IMG/VR virus record: IMGVR_UViG_3300045988_100686
Coordinates: 1-64,000 of that record
From: a virus
DNA: 64,000 nucleotides
Direction: 5' to 3' (one strand)
The position numbers and the translations under genes are program-made. Of this stretch, positions 55,836 through 64,000 are shown one piece after another (position 1 is the first letter of the stretch; each line of letters starts with the position of its first letter). Below the pieces are notes generated by a model that saw nothing but the letters and a program-made list of their open reading frames with translations, was not told where the DNA came from and made no database searches.

Positions 55836-57128
55836 ATGGAAATGCAAGTAGATATAATTAAAGACTTAAAAGAATACAATATTTATTTATTAAGGACTAC
55901 TGGGTCTAAGGATATGTTGAGCGTAGGGTTATCAAGGGCCAACATTACATACGCCATTTTAATTCACAGCATTTGTACAGCGCGAAATAAAGGAGAGACC
56001 TGGCAAATAACGTTAGATGACCTGGCTAAAACTTTTTGCATGGATAAAGTACAGTTGCGAAAATATGCAGTATACCTTGTAAAATTAGGTGTATTAGATG
56101 TTGTTGATAACAACACCTTTATGCCAAAAATGGGCAGTGCACCTGAACAACCATTGTTTATCCCAGTATATACACGCGGTGCCACATTAGAGGATAAAGA
56201 GCTTTGGAGTCCACGCACTCGTATGCTTAGGTCACCGAGGGATACAGCAAATCCTCCAAAGCTTCCCAATGGTGCTATAGGAGCATCCCCAGAGTTATTT
56301 AGTGGCGGGCATACGCTAATCGCTTACAACTACAGGGGATTAGTTAGCGGAACAAACGAGCCAATTAATATAATTGTAGCACACAGTAGTATAAATAGAT
56401 TCTCTGAAACTCTAAAGGCTGCCTGGTTTGCGTCAAACGGTGTAAAGCAAATACCAAATGGTTACGCAGTTTTAAAACAGGGATCGAATTTTTGGGACAT
56501 TGCTACACCTGATCATTTTAAGTCTAATGACTATTGTAAACCTGATTGTGCGCCTGTTCCCTTCTGGCAGGATATTAATGTTAATTTGTTCTTTGGAAAT
56601 ACTGCATCAGAATCCGCCAGAGGAGGATTATATCGTAAACTCCTGCTTCATACACAGGATGTTGTAAAAGACAATCCTCAGTTGCTCCCGTGGATTACTA
56701 ACGTAGGCGTAGGGAACTATATCGAGCTAGTAAAAGAAAGTGGACTTAAAGTTGCGAAAATGCAGCAAGAAGAACTAGTAAAAATGACTACACAGGGCAA
56801 ACGAACTAGTACTACTAGGTTGGTAGCTGAGGAAAAAATCAAGGTTGTTAAACATAATGAACAACACGTAGCTAATGAACAATACGTAGCTAATGAACAA
56901 CATGTAGCTAATGAACAACATGTAGTCAATGAACAACAAGTAGCTAGTGAGCAACGCTTTGAACCTCAGCCAGCACTTAGTATTCGTGGTAGACTTAATC
57001 TGTCATTCACATCTTCTCAGCTAATTCGCAGAGTATTCTCAAGCGACCTTGATGAGTCAACTCAAGATATCCTTGTGGAACACATTATCCAGGCACGTAT
57101 GTGGAAACACTATAATCGCATGAAATAA
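55836..57128 (+). CDS. replication-initiator-like protein (winged-helix-like N-terminus) containing in-frame 18-bp iterons
   Basis: 430 aa with an internal NEQHVA x5 repeat. Position and repeat structure are analogous to lambda O-type initiators that carry the origin inside their own gene. Confidence 0.45.
   Translation: MEMQVDIIKDLKEYNIYLLRTTGSKDMLSVGLSRANITYAILIHSICTARNKGETWQITLDDLAKTFCMDKVQLRKYAVYLVKLGVLDVVDNNTFMPKMGSAPEQPLFIPVYTRGATLEDKELWSPRTRMLRSPRDTANPPKLPNGAIGASPELFSGGHTLIAYNYRGLVSGTNEPINIIVAHSSINRFSETLKAAWFASNGVKQIPNGYAVLKQGSNFWDIATPDHFKSNDYCKPDCAPVPFWQDINVNLFFGNTASESARGGLYRKLLLHTQDVVKDNPQLLPWITNVGVGNYIELVKESGLKVAKMQQEELVKMTTQGKRTSTTRLVAEEKIKVVKHNEQHVANEQYVANEQHVANEQHVVNEQQVASEQRFEPQPALSIRGRLNLSFTSSQLIRRVFSSDLDESTQDILVEHIIQARMWKHYNRMK
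56856..56957. repeat. 18-bp direct repeats AATGAACAACA(C/T)GTAGCT x5 plus a partial; candidate iterons
   Basis: Read directly. Confidence 0.85.
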
Positions 57129-57133
57129 CAAAA

Positions 57134-57184
57134 AGCCCCGAGACGTAGTGAAAACTACGTTCTCAGGGCTTCTCTTTTTTTTTT
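57134..57184. terminator. bidirectional terminator between convergent operons
   Basis: 16-nt arms AGCCCCGAGACGTAGT / CTACGTTCTCAGGGCT, then a T10 run. Confidence 0.75.
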
Positions 57185-57455
57185 AGCCAACTGTTGTGCG
57201 GTTATTAGCTGCAATTACTGACGCACCACAGCTTACTGGAGCTCCATTTCCAGCTACAGCTTGCCCACTTACAGTTGTTCTCCCTGTGGCAGCGTGACCA
57301 GTAATTAATTTGCCATTATGTCCAGGTATTGGGTCCGGTGATACTGAAGAACCAACGTGTGCTACATTGCTACCAGCTACAGTCGTCCTAGTGGATCCGG
57401 AGGTTACAGAGCCACCGTGTGAATCAGCGTCCCCTACTACACATACAGCACCCAT
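57183..57455 (-). CDS. PAAR-like spike-tip protein
   Basis: 90 aa, Gly/Ser/Val-rich with VGD..SHGG, HVGS and PIPGHNG motifs typical of PAAR repeats; directly downstream of the spike gene. Confidence 0.55.
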   Translation of the reverse strand: MGAVCVVGDADSHGGSVTSGSTRTTVAGSNVAHVGSSVSPDPIPGHNGKLITGHAATGRTTVSGQAVAGNGAPVSCGASVIAANNRTTVG

Positions 57456-57472
57456 AGTCCTACTCCTTTCTT

Positions 57473-58249
57473 TTATGGAAGTTTAACACTAGAAACGTTT
57501 AAACAGTCAAAGTTGTCTGCGTTAAAGGTAATATTTGTTCCGTTAAGAGTAACATTTTTAGCAGTAATCGTTGTATTTCTATCAGCGTCTACATGTAAAA
57601 ATTCTACTCCATTGATATTTAGTTGAATAACGTCAGCATCTTTACCTATGTTTAGATTAACTACTGAAGTTCCTGTACGCTCCCCTACCGTCCTGCGTAC
57701 ATTGATAGTAGTGTTTGTATTATCTGATGTATCTACTTCACAGAATATGTCTGCAGGACCAGATCGTAGTCTGAAAATGCTACACCAGTTTTCCCAAATA
57801 CAGTTTAACATGTTCCATATTGAAGCTAGCTTTCCAGGGGACATGACAATCTTTTTCATATTATCTGTAAACGTTTCTTCTGCACCCATGGATGTTGTAG
57901 CTGAAGTATTTCCAGGCAACGTTCCGCTATTTCTCATCGTAGACGGACCTCGATTAATCGTAGCATTCGTAGGAGATAATACTTGACCATTCGTGTCTGC
58001 ATTTACATTTATTGGAGAGAACGTACCTAGAATAAATGTTTCTTCTCCAGCCTGCGTAAACAAACATGGAGCATTAATGCTCGGTGGAGTTACTGCGTAA
58101 GCACCATTTCGTGGATCATATCTTGAGAATTGACATACAACATTCTGCAGTATTCCACTCCCATCATATGGAACTACTGTAGCTGTCATGGTGTTTGGGT
58201 CATACGCAGTGACTATGCCACGGCGTATTAATCCAGGATGATTAGCCAT
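57473..58249 (-). CDS. baseplate hub/spike protein (gpV/gp5 N-terminal OB-fold-like)
   Basis: N-terminal GLIRRGIVTAYDPNTMTATV resembles the gpV family start; followed by the PAAR gene. Confidence 0.45.
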   Translation of the reverse strand: MANHPGLIRRGIVTAYDPNTMTATVVPYDGSGILQNVVCQFSRYDPRNGAYAVTPPSINAPCLFTQAGEETFILGTFSPINVNADTNGQVLSPTNATINRGPSTMRNSGTLPGNTSATTSMGAEETFTDNMKKIVMSPGKLASIWNMLNCIWENWCSIFRLRSGPADIFCEVDTSDNTNTTINVRRTVGERTGTSVVNLNIGKDADVIQLNINGVEFLHVDADRNTTITAKNVTLNGTNITFNADNFDCLNVSSVKLP

Positions 58250-58264
58250 TTTTAACCTTCTTTC

Positions 58265-59293
58265 TTACAACTTCCATAGGTTATCATTATTAAATTTCAA
58301 CCCAGAACTACTACTACTAGAAGTATTGGAGCTGTCGATATAATCATTCAAGCCTCTGTCAAGTGCATCACCTGTTGATAATGAGCTTTTGACGCCTGCA
58401 GTTGACACATCTTTAACTGCAGAGGATATTGCCTTATCTAACCCGTTGCCAGAAGAAGACGATTGGACGGAGTCCTGTGCAGCTACTGTTTCTGCTGTTC
58501 CCGCAGTCAACTCTCCAACGCCAATACATCTACCATAAACAATTCCTACGTTGTCAAGTATTTGATAACTACCAGCATTTAATCCCATAGATACAGAAGT
58601 GATTGCACAGCGTTCAAAGTATAACGTACTTATAGATTGCTCCCTACTGGGGGTAAGGAACATTGCCATTATTCCAAATAGCGGTTTCATTGTGAGCGAT
58701 TGAGTAGAATAATTCCAGTTAGGTAGGATGTGCAATCTATTAGTAAGACTGGAGTACGTTCCACACAGTCTACCCATAGTCATTGATCCAGCCTGGGACT
58801 TTCCAGGGATAACAATATTCTCCTCGCAGCGCAGTTCCTTAAATGTTGTTACATTAATACTGCTAGAAAATTGCCAATTCTGGCACAAACCTATAGGTAC
58901 TAACTCTGCTCCTGTGTTCAAATTGGAGTATAACGGCTCACCTGCAAATAGTAGGACAGAGTCTGCAGTGGCGAAGTTCTCGGGGGTAGTTTCCATTTCC
59001 ACCCATTTGAAAGACCCCGTGTTAGCATCTCCACTAGATGTTTGAGTATGAGCGGCTTCACCAGCAACAGAGGAGTTTGTCAGTCCTAAGATGTTAAGAA
59101 TGTTGGTAACATTATCTCCAACACGTAACATTCTATTAAGTTGTAACGGTACCTTGGGTAGCTTTACTAATCCTAGTGTTGCACTGCTAATACCATTACG
59201 TAAACCGTTATAACTATTTTTTAGCGCGGTAGTATCATTAACTACTGTTTGCGCACCATTAAGAAAAGTGAGTGCTTGTGAAGCCCAATTCAT
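58265..59293 (-). CDS. hypothetical baseplate/virion protein
   Basis: Track ORF. Confidence 0.45.
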   Translation of the reverse strand: MNWASQALTFLNGAQTVVNDTTALKNSYNGLRNGISSATLGLVKLPKVPLQLNRMLRVGDNVTNILNILGLTNSSVAGEAAHTQTSSGDANTGSFKWVEMETTPENFATADSVLLFAGEPLYSNLNTGAELVPIGLCQNWQFSSSINVTTFKELRCEENIVIPGKSQAGSMTMGRLCGTYSSLTNRLHILPNWNYSTQSLTMKPLFGIMAMFLTPSREQSISTLYFERCAITSVSMGLNAGSYQILDNVGIVYGRCIGVGELTAGTAETVAAQDSVQSSSSGNGLDKAISSAVKDVSTAGVKSSLSTGDALDRGLNDYIDSSNTSSSSSSGLKFNNDNLWKL

Positions 59294-59299
59294 AGTCGG

Positions 59300-59872
59300 T
59301 TATCCCTCTTTAGATTTATTTTTCAGACTGTGATATAGTCCTTGGATTTTCTCAGGAAGGTAACGCGCAGCTCCATACACTGCTATAGGTCGTATTGTAC
59401 CAAACCCATAGGTAGCTAAGCCTGCATATGGACCTAAGCGTTTGTTGAGTCCTCTTACTTTTACACCAGTCATCCCCGCATTACGCAGTAGTTTGTGTCC
59501 TCTAATGGATGCGTCAGCCTCCATTATAAACTGTGGAATTCTTACTGCAGTTTGTATTCCTGCGAAGCCTCTACCTAGTATATCCACAGCTTTCTGCGTA
59601 TTTGGGTCATCTGACCTATAACTGCCAAGTCCCAGAGTAAGTAGTCCTTTGTGAGGTATTTTATCTAAGTGTCTCATCTCAAAGTACCTACCTTTATTCG
59701 CCAAGTTTTTCAGGGTACCTGACTGTAATGCGTGTCCCAGTTCGTGCGCAATTGTGCCTGCTGTAGCATTTCTTCCTTTACCTATATACACTTCATGAAG
59801 TGTATTGCCTTGAATTGATGTACCGAGATCTCTTTCATAAGCGGTATTGGGATCCATAAACCCAATATTCAT
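59300..59872 (-). CDS. zincin-like metallopeptidase (HExxH)
   Basis: TAGTIAHELGHALQSG. Could be a virion-associated peptidase or an ImmA/IrrE-like protease. Confidence 0.5.
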   Translation of the reverse strand: MNIGFMDPNTAYERDLGTSIQGNTLHEVYIGKGRNATAGTIAHELGHALQSGTLKNLANKGRYFEMRHLDKIPHKGLLTLGLGSYRSDDPNTQKAVDILGRGFAGIQTAVRIPQFIMEADASIRGHKLLRNAGMTGVKVRGLNKRLGPYAGLATYGFGTIRPIAVYGAARYLPEKIQGLYHSLKNKSKEG

Positions 59873-60159
59873 TTTGCGTATAACTTTATTGCCTTTTTCC
59901 AGCCTATATGTGGAGCGTCGTCTGTACCAGTATTTACCCTGCGGAATCCAGCTGAAGATAAGAGTTTATCTATTATATTTTCTTGCATAGCATTTCTTCT
60001 AGGACTTACCTTCCAGGATTGCAAGTTTGAGTCTAGGTGTTTGTTATATGTATTCCAGGCTTTATTAACAAGCTTTTGCGCACCAAATCCTCCAGCAAGC
60101 GCAGGTATTCCAAGGTAATGACTAGGCGTAGTATTCTTTTGTTCCTTCTTATTCGTCAT
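59869..60159 (-). CDS. small hypothetical protein
   Basis: Track ORF; 4-nt overlap with the downstream gene. Confidence 0.4.
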   Translation of the reverse strand: MTNKKEQKNTTPSHYLGIPALAGGFGAQKLVNKAWNTYNKHLDSNLQSWKVSPRRNAMQENIIDKLLSSAGFRRVNTGTDDAPHIGWKKAIKLYAK

Positions 60160-60212
60160 ATATTAATGCCCTCAACACTATAGATTTAACTCCATAGAAA
60201 GATATATAATAT

Positions 60213-60959
60213 TTACAGTCCAATCATGGTATCATCACTCAAAGCAAAGGGACCAACCGCTTTAAGCGCACGTACACGCTCGAAATTAAATGACATACTG
60301 TCAATCATCTGAAATTGTCCTTGAGACATGCCAGATTGATTACCAAGCAACATACATTGCTCAAGAAAATTAATAGCAGTTACACGCTGGCGTGGGTCAC
60401 GTTTTACCTCGATTAAGCCAAATGGAATCTTATATAGAAGTGAGTTCATGCCGCCAGAAGAAATGACTCTGTCTAGTCTGTCAGAGGTATCTAGATCAAA
60501 GATATTAATGGACTGTGCGTTTAGTCCTTGAATCCACTCTTTTGCGTCACCTGCAATTCTGTCAATTATATCAGGAAGACTGTCAGTAGCAAGGATCCAT
60601 GCAATGGTTGGACGGTACAATGCTGCTGCAAGGGAGTTGCCATGAATAGACAAGCGACTAATCATACCACTACCCATTGCTGTTCCAGATGCACCAGTCT
60701 TTCTTGAAGAACCAATCTCAGCGATAAACTGGCCACTCAGTCCTTCATTATATGAAAATTGTTGAGCAAATCCTACTGGGAATAGCGGGATATCACTAAA
60801 AGAATCACCCACTTGCAGGAAAGGTACTGTAGAAAGAAGTAGAGACGAGTCGGCAGTAGTAAAGTCTGTAGCATCAGAAACTGCTTCAACAAATTGTTGT
60901 CTGTAATCAGTGCCTGTTAGTTGGTCTGATTTAAGTATATTATTTGTAGGCTGTGCCAT
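60213..60959 (-). CDS. virion protein, paralog 1 of an adjacent pair
   Basis: Shares FSYNEGLSGQFIAEIGSSRK...GNS and EQCMLLG motifs with the 60978 ORF. Confidence 0.45.
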   Translation of the reverse strand: MAQPTNNILKSDQLTGTDYRQQFVEAVSDATDFTTADSSLLLSTVPFLQVGDSFSDIPLFPVGFAQQFSYNEGLSGQFIAEIGSSRKTGASGTAMGSGMISRLSIHGNSLAAALYRPTIAWILATDSLPDIIDRIAGDAKEWIQGLNAQSINIFDLDTSDRLDRVISSGGMNSLLYKIPFGLIEVKRDPRQRVTAINFLEQCMLLGNQSGMSQGQFQMIDSMSFNFERVRALKAVGPFALSDDTMIGL

Positions 60960-60977
60960 TAGTTCTCACCTCTTTCC

Positions 60978-61649
60978 TTAGTAAGAATCAACGTGTTGTC
61001 CAACGTTGTCTTCATTCTCCCACATTGGAACAAGCTGTTCATATAGTAAGTTAAAGTTATCTACTACAAGGAAGCTTCCAGCTTGATAGCCACGAGAAAC
61101 TCCCATGCATAAGCATTGCTCAAACATATAGCATGAGTATGTGCGACCTGCGGGATCACCTTCAATAACAACTATTCCCATGGGAGTACGAAGTTTATCA
61201 AGGTTCAAGCCAACGGCAGCTCCCCATTCTTTCTCAGTCCAATAGTTTTTGTCAATATTAAACGTTCTACCATACTTAGAAAGAATGTTGATAGGACTGT
61301 TGCCGTTAACTACCATTTTGGAGATACTGATGCTTCCACCTTGAGATGATCCAACAGTAGCACGTTTACGACGTGAACCAATTTCACCGATAAGAGAAGC
61401 ATTCAATCCCTCAGAGAAACTGAAACTTTGTGTCAATCCAATCGGGGTAACTTTTGTAACTTTATCGTGTAACCAATGGTCTGCCATGCAGATCAGGGTG
61501 TTATCAGGAGTCATTAGGTCAACAGCTAGTCTAAGCTGTTCTACCCAGTTATAATGGGGAGCACCTGTGGAACTCAGCAGTTCGTTGAGCGTTTGTTCCT
61601 TTACTACACCACCCATAGATTTAATAGGGCTGATATTATAATCTGCCAT
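60978..61649 (-). CDS. virion protein, paralog 2
   Basis: FSFSEGLNASLIGEIGSRRK...GNSP and EQCLCMG. Confidence 0.45.
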   Translation of the reverse strand: MADYNISPIKSMGGVVKEQTLNELLSSTGAPHYNWVEQLRLAVDLMTPDNTLICMADHWLHDKVTKVTPIGLTQSFSFSEGLNASLIGEIGSRRKRATVGSSQGGSISISKMVVNGNSPINILSKYGRTFNIDKNYWTEKEWGAAVGLNLDKLRTPMGIVVIEGDPAGRTYSCYMFEQCLCMGVSRGYQAGSFLVVDNFNLLYEQLVPMWENEDNVGQHVDSY

Positions 61650-61665
61650 CTGGAGATATCCCTCC

Positions 61666-63273
61666 TTAATCTAAAAGAGAATTTATTTCTTTTACAATAG
61701 ACTGTTTTTTATCTCCAACTTGAGCCAAGTAGTTATCAATGGCTGTGTTGGCAGGTCTGTTAAACCATTTTTGAAAGGTTGTTTTTGGTAATGTAGACCT
61801 GTATTCTTCCACGATTACCTTGCGTTCACTTTCTGGCAAGGATTCGTGGGATTTATAACGAATTGCCCTAGCTTCAGCTTGGTCTGTCTTTGACTTATTG
61901 AAGTGGGGCTCAAGAATCTGCATTAAACGAGTATTTTTTAGGTTTAAACCTTCACTGCCACTGCTAGACAGTAATAGTACTTGAGGTTTCTTTGTATTAC
62001 TATTATACTTGTCAATGAGTTCTTGCTTTTCATTTTTTGTAAGCTTCCCAGTATAAACTAGAGGCTGGATACCTGCATCTTGTAGTGCCTGTGCATATGG
62101 TTTAAGCCCTGCGTCTAGGTAGTTAGAATAGACAACACCGCGGAACCCTGGTTTCTCTTTAGCTTTAGACAACATAGAAGACACTGCAGCCATAATCTTA
62201 GGACTATCTGTGTATCTACCCTTGTCGTCATGATGCAATGTAGAATCTGCTACCTGACGTACACCTTGAGAAAATACGTTGAGTCTACTAGCCTGTTGAA
62301 CTGTAAGTGGCATATTACCCTCAATATTCTTACGAATGTCTTTCGGAATATCTTTTTCCACTGCTTTATATACAGCCGCCTGACGAGGTGACATTTCTAC
62401 GTTGATTACCTTTCGTTCCACACTAGGGAAGTCTCCTGCATTTCTAGGTGTTTCATAGTGGTCTACAAATGGTGTTAGTAGGCTAGCTAGATGAGATTTG
62501 TTGCGTATCTTCCAGGTTTTATCATCTATAAACCTGCTATTGAACTCATGTTGAGTAGTAGGTAACTTTACTCCTGGATTAGACAGGTTTATCAAATTGC
62601 ACATATCTACAGGGTTGTTATACGCCGCAGTGCCTGTCAGAAGAAGAACCTTGTTAGATTTATCCATAAGCTTACGTAGCTGTCTAGCTCTATTCGTGTC
62701 GGTATTACGAAGTCTGTGGGCTTCGTCAAATACCGTCAAAGCGTAGTGTTTACGATTTAATTCATCAATATGATTAGCCGCTCTATCATAACTGATAATA
62801 TCTATCTTTCGTTTTAAGTTCTTAAAACCATGTTTATCAAGTTCTTCATTGTAGTTATTTACAAGCGATGCAGGTACAACCACCAGTCCCCTAGCTTTAG
62901 GGTTTTGTTTCAATGCAGTATCAAGTGCACCAAGGGATGTCAGTGTCTTTCCTGAACCCATAGAGTGGTAAGCAACAATTCCGTGAGGTCCTGTAGGATC
63001 ATTAACCTTGTCTACTACTCGTTGCTGATAGGGTTTCAACTCCGTGGAAGCAGTCTTCTTTTGAGAAAACCTAGTAGATGCTGCTACACCTATAGGAGTG
63101 GCACGCTTACGACTAGCTAGAGTATCATTTGAAGGTCTTTGAGATCCCCAGAATGTTGATTTTGTGAAATTACTCTCACTAGTGCTGTGTCCCCCTTGCA
63201 TTCCACCGGATAAAGGCTTTGGTGCAGGCGTTTTTGATACTGTTGGAGTAAGTGGTTTATATTGATTTGTCAT
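61666..63273 (-). CDS. superfamily-2 DEAH-box helicase with basic N-terminal region
   Basis: MGSGKT (Walker A), FDEAHRLRN (motif II), LLTGTA (motif III) and a C-terminal helicase domain. Confidence 0.7.
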   Translation of the reverse strand: MTNQYKPLTPTVSKTPAPKPLSGGMQGGHSTSESNFTKSTFWGSQRPSNDTLASRKRATPIGVAASTRFSQKKTASTELKPYQQRVVDKVNDPTGPHGIVAYHSMGSGKTLTSLGALDTALKQNPKARGLVVVPASLVNNYNEELDKHGFKNLKRKIDIISYDRAANHIDELNRKHYALTVFDEAHRLRNTDTNRARQLRKLMDKSNKVLLLTGTAAYNNPVDMCNLINLSNPGVKLPTTQHEFNSRFIDDKTWKIRNKSHLASLLTPFVDHYETPRNAGDFPSVERKVINVEMSPRQAAVYKAVEKDIPKDIRKNIEGNMPLTVQQASRLNVFSQGVRQVADSTLHHDDKGRYTDSPKIMAAVSSMLSKAKEKPGFRGVVYSNYLDAGLKPYAQALQDAGIQPLVYTGKLTKNEKQELIDKYNSNTKKPQVLLLSSSGSEGLNLKNTRLMQILEPHFNKSKTDQAEARAIRYKSHESLPESERKVIVEEYRSTLPKTTFQKWFNRPANTAIDNYLAQVGDKKQSIVKEINSLLD

Positions 63274-63279
63274 AATATA

Positions 63280-64000
63280 TTAGTCAGAGTAGTCCTTATA
63301 AAGTCCATAGATATTCTTAGCACCGAGTGCTGCGCCACCAACAATGCCTATTGCACCTATTTCTGGCATTGTACTATGGAGTAATTCTCTACCAGCAAGC
63401 ATTCCTGAGATGCCGCCAGCCACTCCTGCTACATGTTTGGCTTTATTTGTTGAGAGTGTGTCTACAACCTTTTGGAATACTGAACGATCTCGTTTGGGCT
63501 TTGGTACTGGATTGAGTTCCTCAGCTAATGCGGCAGTCTTTTCTTTTCCTGTGTTTAGAAGATTATTACCTCTTCTCCAGTTAATTATTCTAGGAGAATT
63601 AGGATTTTCTGGGAGGTATCCATTCGCTTTTAAGATGTTCTGCATGATAGTATTCATTGCGTTAGTTTTAGCCAATGTTTTTGGAAAGCTATTATGAAAA
63701 TATCTTAATAGTTTACTTGCTACTTTTTTCCCTCTATACTTTGGATGAACTACTAATTCCTCTAGCAAAGAATAACCTTCAGGGCGACCACTTTCTCGTA
63801 GAAATCCAATAATTTTATTTTTATCTGTAGCAACATAGCAATGCTTACCACTCCGAATAATCTGTCGTATCAATGCAGCTTTGGTATTATATGCTAAAAA
63901 TTTTACATCTTCAGCACTTAATGAATTAAATAATTCCAGGATTGCATTTAAGTCTGTGGCGTCTGCTTTGCGAATATTAACATCAGTACGTGCTTGTGTT
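63280..64000 (-). CDS. GNAT-family N-acetyltransferase with C-terminal Gly-zipper/TM tail; 5' end lies beyond the window
   Basis: Acetyl-CoA motif ELVVHPKYRGKKVASKLL. The frame stays open upstream of the track TTG start through VNIRKADATDLNAILELF to base 64000. C-terminus AGVAGGISGMLAG...IGAIGIVGGAALGA. Confidence 0.6.
   Translation of the reverse strand, partial: TQARTDVNIRKADATDLNAILELFNSLSAEDVKFLAYNTKAALIRQIIRSGKHCYVATDKNKIIGFLRESGRPEGYSLLEELVVHPKYRGKKVASKLLRYFHNSFPKTLAKTNAMNTIMQNILKANGYLPENPNSPRIINWRRGNNLLNTGKEKTAALAEELNPVPKPKRDRSVFQKVVDTLSTNKAKHVAGVAGGISGMLAGRELLHSTMPEIGAIGIVGGAALGAKNIYGLYKDYSD

Overview
This 64 kb window is a contiguous piece of a large, AT-rich, virulent-type tailed phage genome with Gram-positive (Firmicutes-style) expression signals. 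I see no integrase, no host housekeeping genes and no CRISPR array.

Expression signals: canonical TTGACA-17-TATAAT promoters, strong AGGAGG ribosome-binding sites and rho-independent terminators are all readable. A phage-specific extended -10 motif, TGGTATAAGTAT, recurs five times.

Layout:
- 1-1290: a 5'-partial acidic (MED)n-repeat ORF, then an unusual array of four promoter-like units. Each carries a CAGAGA-GT-TCTCTG palindrome and sits inside its own long-range inverted repeat. A 30-bp stem followed by T10 closes the array.
- 1291-7981 (minus): a baseplate operon (baseplate J-like and gp25-like genes) headed by a sigma-70-family gene.
- 8180-11050 (plus): an early, anti-restriction-like island with a dUTPase carrying an N-terminal extension, a Lar-like zinc ribbon and several small zinc-finger ORFs.
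- 11085-23861 (minus): virion and tail genes, including a 1207-aa tape-measure-like protein, an NlpC/P60 endopeptidase and an N-terminal 3D-domain lysin.
- 23940-24300: a ~320-bp composite palindrome with 9-bp iterons around an alternating (TA)n core, between divergent promoters. I read it as a candidate origin.
- 24422-57128 (plus): a long early/replication block. It contains ThyX, a metallophosphoesterase, an SNF2 ATPase, a YuiC-like 3D-domain protein, a MazG-like gene, a second sigma factor, a RuvC-like resolvase and HU. It also holds tRNA-Gly, a promoter-driven six-tRNA cluster (Met, Leu, Trp, Pro, Thr, Ser), two Bro-N proteins, an HD hydrolase, a Cas4-like PD-(D/E)xK nuclease, a DnaG-type primase fusion and a family A DNA polymerase with an N-terminal UDG-like domain. 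The block ends with a replication-initiator-like gene containing 18-bp in-frame iterons.
- 57183-64000 (minus): a PAAR-like protein, a gpV-like spike, a zincin HExxH protein, a paralogous virion-protein pair, an SF2 helicase and a GNAT acetyltransferase that runs off the window end.

The most unusual element is the promoter/palindrome/long-stem array at 600-1290. Next are the palindromic iteron region at about 24.1 kb and the in-gene iterons at about 56.9 kb.
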